A DNA stretch of 64,000 nt, taken from NCBI GenBank assembly GCA_037189525.1, contig JBBCJC010000001.1:96001-160000 (forward strand), given 5' to 3'. Source of the DNA: Gemmatimonadales bacterium. GTDB taxonomy: Bacteria > Gemmatimonadota > Gemmatimonadetes > Gemmatimonadales > GWC2-71-9. The notes under the pieces are model-generated. The model worked only from the letters and a program-made list of their open reading frames with translations, made no database searches and was not told where the DNA came from. Position 1 is the stretch's first letter. Every line of letters starts with the position of its first letter. Both the position numbers and the translations under genes were made by a program. Of the stretch, positions 61,802 to 64,000 are shown one piece after another.

Positions 61802-62299
61802 CTACTTGCGCAGCACCTGGGACAGCAGCATCCCGCGCCGGTCCTCGATATCGTCGATGTACCAGCGCTCGCTGTTGCGTTCCAGGTCGTTGCGCAGCAG
61901 GTACGTCAGCGTCCACTCGTTCACGCCGTCGCTGAACTGCACGGGCACCCACGCCTTCTCGACACGGACCCGCGCATCACCGATCGTATAGGTCGTCGCC
62001 TCCTGACTTCCGGTAAACGGGTCGAGAACGAGTGCAGGTGCGGAATCGGTCTTTGCGATGCGTTCGAAGTAACTGTAGATACCGCGGCGAAAACGCCGAG
62101 TGAGCAGCCGCTCCTTCTGATCGAGCCCGCGAGGCGTGAACGAGCGCGAACTCGCAAAATGGATCTTGAGAAACTCGCGGACAGGGCGATTGGGATAGTC
62201 GCGCGGCGGCGCCGCGACGACCAGCGAGTCGAACGGCGCGAGCATTCCCAGCACGAGCCCGACGATGAAAAGAGACCGAAGGTGAGATGAGTTACGCAT
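61802..62299 (-). CDS. Secreted protein, DUF3828-like
   Basis: Signal peptide; LDPFTGSQ and WYIDDI motifs. Confidence 0.6.
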   Translation of the reverse strand: MRNSSHLRSLFIVGLVLGMLAPFDSLVVAAPPRDYPNRPVREFLKIHFASSRSFTPRGLDQKERLLTRRFRRGIYSYFERIAKTDSAPALVLDPFTGSQEATTYTIGDARVRVEKAWVPVQFSDGVNEWTLTYLLRNDLERNSERWYIDDIEDRRGMLLSQVLRK

Positions 62300-62333
62300 G
62301 GTTTTATCAGGGTCGGCCGCGAACCCCTCTCAA

Positions 62334-62636
62334 CTAACTCGCGAGCTCGAGAAGAACATCGGGTCGCAGGGCCGCGATCCGCAACAGCTTTTGAGCCGGC
62401 CCGGTGGGGCTCACCCGTCCCTGCTCCCAGTTCTGGAGTGTGTCAACACTGATCCCAAGCAGTGCGGCGAACTTCGACTGAGAGAGTCGCATCCGTTTCC
62501 GAATAGCCGCAATGCCAGCCGGCGTCGTCACCACGTCCGCCGCCGTGTACGTGCGAGCCGCCTTCGCCTCACCCCGGCGCACCGCGCCCATTTCCTTGAT
62601 GCTCGACACGAGCTCGTCAAACAGTTCCTTCTTCAT
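62334..62636 (-). CDS. HigA/NadS-type HTH antitoxin
   Basis: MKKELFDELVSSIKEM; IRKRMRLSQSKFAALLGISVDTLQNWEQGR..P.GPA. Confidence 0.92.
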   Translation of the reverse strand: MKKELFDELVSSIKEMGAVRRGEAKAARTYTAADVVTTPAGIAAIRKRMRLSQSKFAALLGISVDTLQNWEQGRVSPTGPAQKLLRIAALRPDVLLELAS

Positions 62637-62694
62637 CCACTCACCTCCTCTGAAAGCCCAAGCCTTTCAACCAATTCCTCGCCTGGACCCTATC

Positions 62695-63018
62695 CTACTC
62701 GAACTCTCGCTCTACCAGCTTTCGAAGAACGGCGACTTCCTCCGCATTCAGATCTGACTTCTCGTTCTTCGCGAAGATATACAACAGAAAGATCGAGCCT
62801 TCACCGTCGAAGTAGTAATAGATGACTCGAGCTCCACCCCGCTTACCCCGCCCAGAGGCGCCCATCCGGATCTTCCGAAGCCCGCGAGACTTCTGAATCA
62901 AGTCACCCGCTTCCGGATTCAGGATCAACTCCGCCTGCAGATCGGCCAAGGTCCCATCGTCGATTCCCAGCTTCTCGAGACGCTTCGAGAACACGCCAGA
63001 CTCGAAGAACGCAAGCAT
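62695..63018 (-). CDS. RelE/HigB-family toxin
   Basis: NPEAGDLI..SRGLRKIR....GRGKRGGARVIYY..IFLLYIFAKNEKSDL. Confidence 0.92.
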   Translation of the reverse strand: MLAFFESGVFSKRLEKLGIDDGTLADLQAELILNPEAGDLIQKSRGLRKIRMGASGRGKRGGARVIYYYFDGEGSIFLLYIFAKNEKSDLNAEEVAVLRKLVEREFE

Positions 63019-63052
63019 TGACAAATATACGCTATTAGCGTCTATACGTCAA
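63018..63052 (-). promoter_or_regulatory. Sigma70 promoter of the TA operon with palindromic operator
   Basis: Minus strand TTGACG-17 nt-TATATT-5 nt-ATG; ACGCTA-T-TAGCGT and outer TTGAC/GTCAA, all symmetric about 63035. Confidence 0.8.
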
Positions 63053-63151
63053 GAGCGTACAAACGTTTATACGAGAGCCCGCACCGCTACCGGAACGGCA
63101 GTCGCTCCGCGCGATACGCAAACGACGGTGCAGCAGGCGGGTGAACTGCCG

Positions 63152-63697
63152 CTAGCACCGCACCTGCGGATGCCAATCGGCAAAGAGTCCCTTCGGATTC
63201 TCCCGCCAGACCCAGACGTGGAGATACCAGAGCTGGAGCGACGGGGCCTGCTTGAGTGGAAGCCCCATGATACGCGGCGGGGTGGCGGTTGGCGGGCGGA
63301 CAGAATAGGGGACGATGTACTCCACCCCGTTGAGGCGATAGGTGCCGTCGGGCAGCCGTTCGTAGACCAGCATCTCCGGCCGCTCGACTTCGAGGCGGTC
63401 GTCGAGCAGCGCGTCGTTCTGATGGTGATACCCCATCGCCCCGGCCGGCGGATTGTCCAGACACCGGCCGCCATCGCGGCTGTAGCCCGCGGCGACGGCC
63501 GAGTCGAGCAGGGCAAACCGCGCGGTCGCCGTGCGGATTCGGGCTACCTCCTCAGCCGCGGCTGCTTCGTCATGCGCGGCAAGCAAAATCACCGAAGACG
63601 ACTCCTGCCGCGCGGCGCATCCGACGGCCAGAGCCAGTACACCGATGGCAGAGAACCGGGAGCACCATGCCCGCCAGACCCCAGAGAACCGTTTCAC
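63152..63697 (-). CDS. Putative lipoprotein of unknown function (start uncertain)
   Basis: LALAVGC lipobox; MGYHH, PEMLVY, GVEYIV, LHVWVWRENPKGLFADWHP. Confidence 0.65.
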   Translation of the reverse strand: MKRFSGVWRAWCSRFSAIGVLALAVGCAARQESSSVILLAAHDEAAAAEEVARIRTATARFALLDSAVAAGYSRDGGRCLDNPPAGAMGYHHQNDALLDDRLEVERPEMLVYERLPDGTYRLNGVEYIVPYSVRPPTATPPRIMGLPLKQAPSLQLWYLHVWVWRENPKGLFADWHPQVRC

Positions 63698-64000
63698 TCC
63701 GGGAACTGCGCTCGTCGACTTCCGCCCCGAAAACGCCAATGGATCGATTCGCATCGACTGGAGGCTATCCGAAAAACTGGCTCTCAACCAGAGCCGATTT
63801 TCATCGATTTGTTTGGGCCACTTTAGAGGCAGCGAGCCAGTAGCCGCAGTCCCTCCTCGACCCGGGAGACGGAAATGGCGCCATAGCCGAACAGAAAACC
63901 GGAACGAGGACGGGGCGAGAGATAGTGGTACGACAGTGCCGGCACGAACACACCGGCAGCCCTCGCGCGCTCGGCGATGGCCAGGTCGGCACGGCCGCGA

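Overview
GC-rich bacterial chromosomal segment. The ADOP permease/PadR pairs and the gene set suggest Gemmatimonadota or Acidobacteriota; this is inference only. I saw no rRNA, tRNA, CRISPR array or transposase. Left to right: outer-membrane proteins, two orphan ADOP-type ABC permeases with PadR, a serine hydrolase and an unusual XRE-HTH/membrane/alpha-beta-hydrolase fusion. Next is a minus-strand cluster aminotransferase-nurA-like-herA-mre11(sbcD)-rad50(sbcC)-GNAT, i.e. the full archaeal-style DNA end-resection set. Opposite it is a DEAD-box-like protein that has lost all its ATPase motifs, followed by tdk, coaE, gcvH, gcvP, a lipoate ligase-like gene and an Opp/Dpp transporter. Then come a dinD remnant, PhzF, a POT transporter, glycosyltransferases, thiO-like, flotillin/NfeD, lipA-pdhABC-lpdA-lipB and an M20 peptidase. 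A divergent respiratory locus follows: [Rrf2 <- hypothetical <- cytochrome b/2x4Fe-4S/MvhD-like fusion] opposite [small subunit, CuA subunit II, heme-copper oxidase subunit I with HSSQQ instead of HPxVY (eNOR-like NO reductase), SCO], then modABC. The right end holds small accessory genes, two degenerate attC-like sites and a RelE/HigA-type toxin-antitoxin pair. The best novelty candidates are the NOR-linked cytb-Fd-MvhD module, the bacterial NurA-HerA-Mre11-Rad50-GNAT cluster and the pseudo-helicase. All family assignments come from motif recognition by eye, not from database searches.
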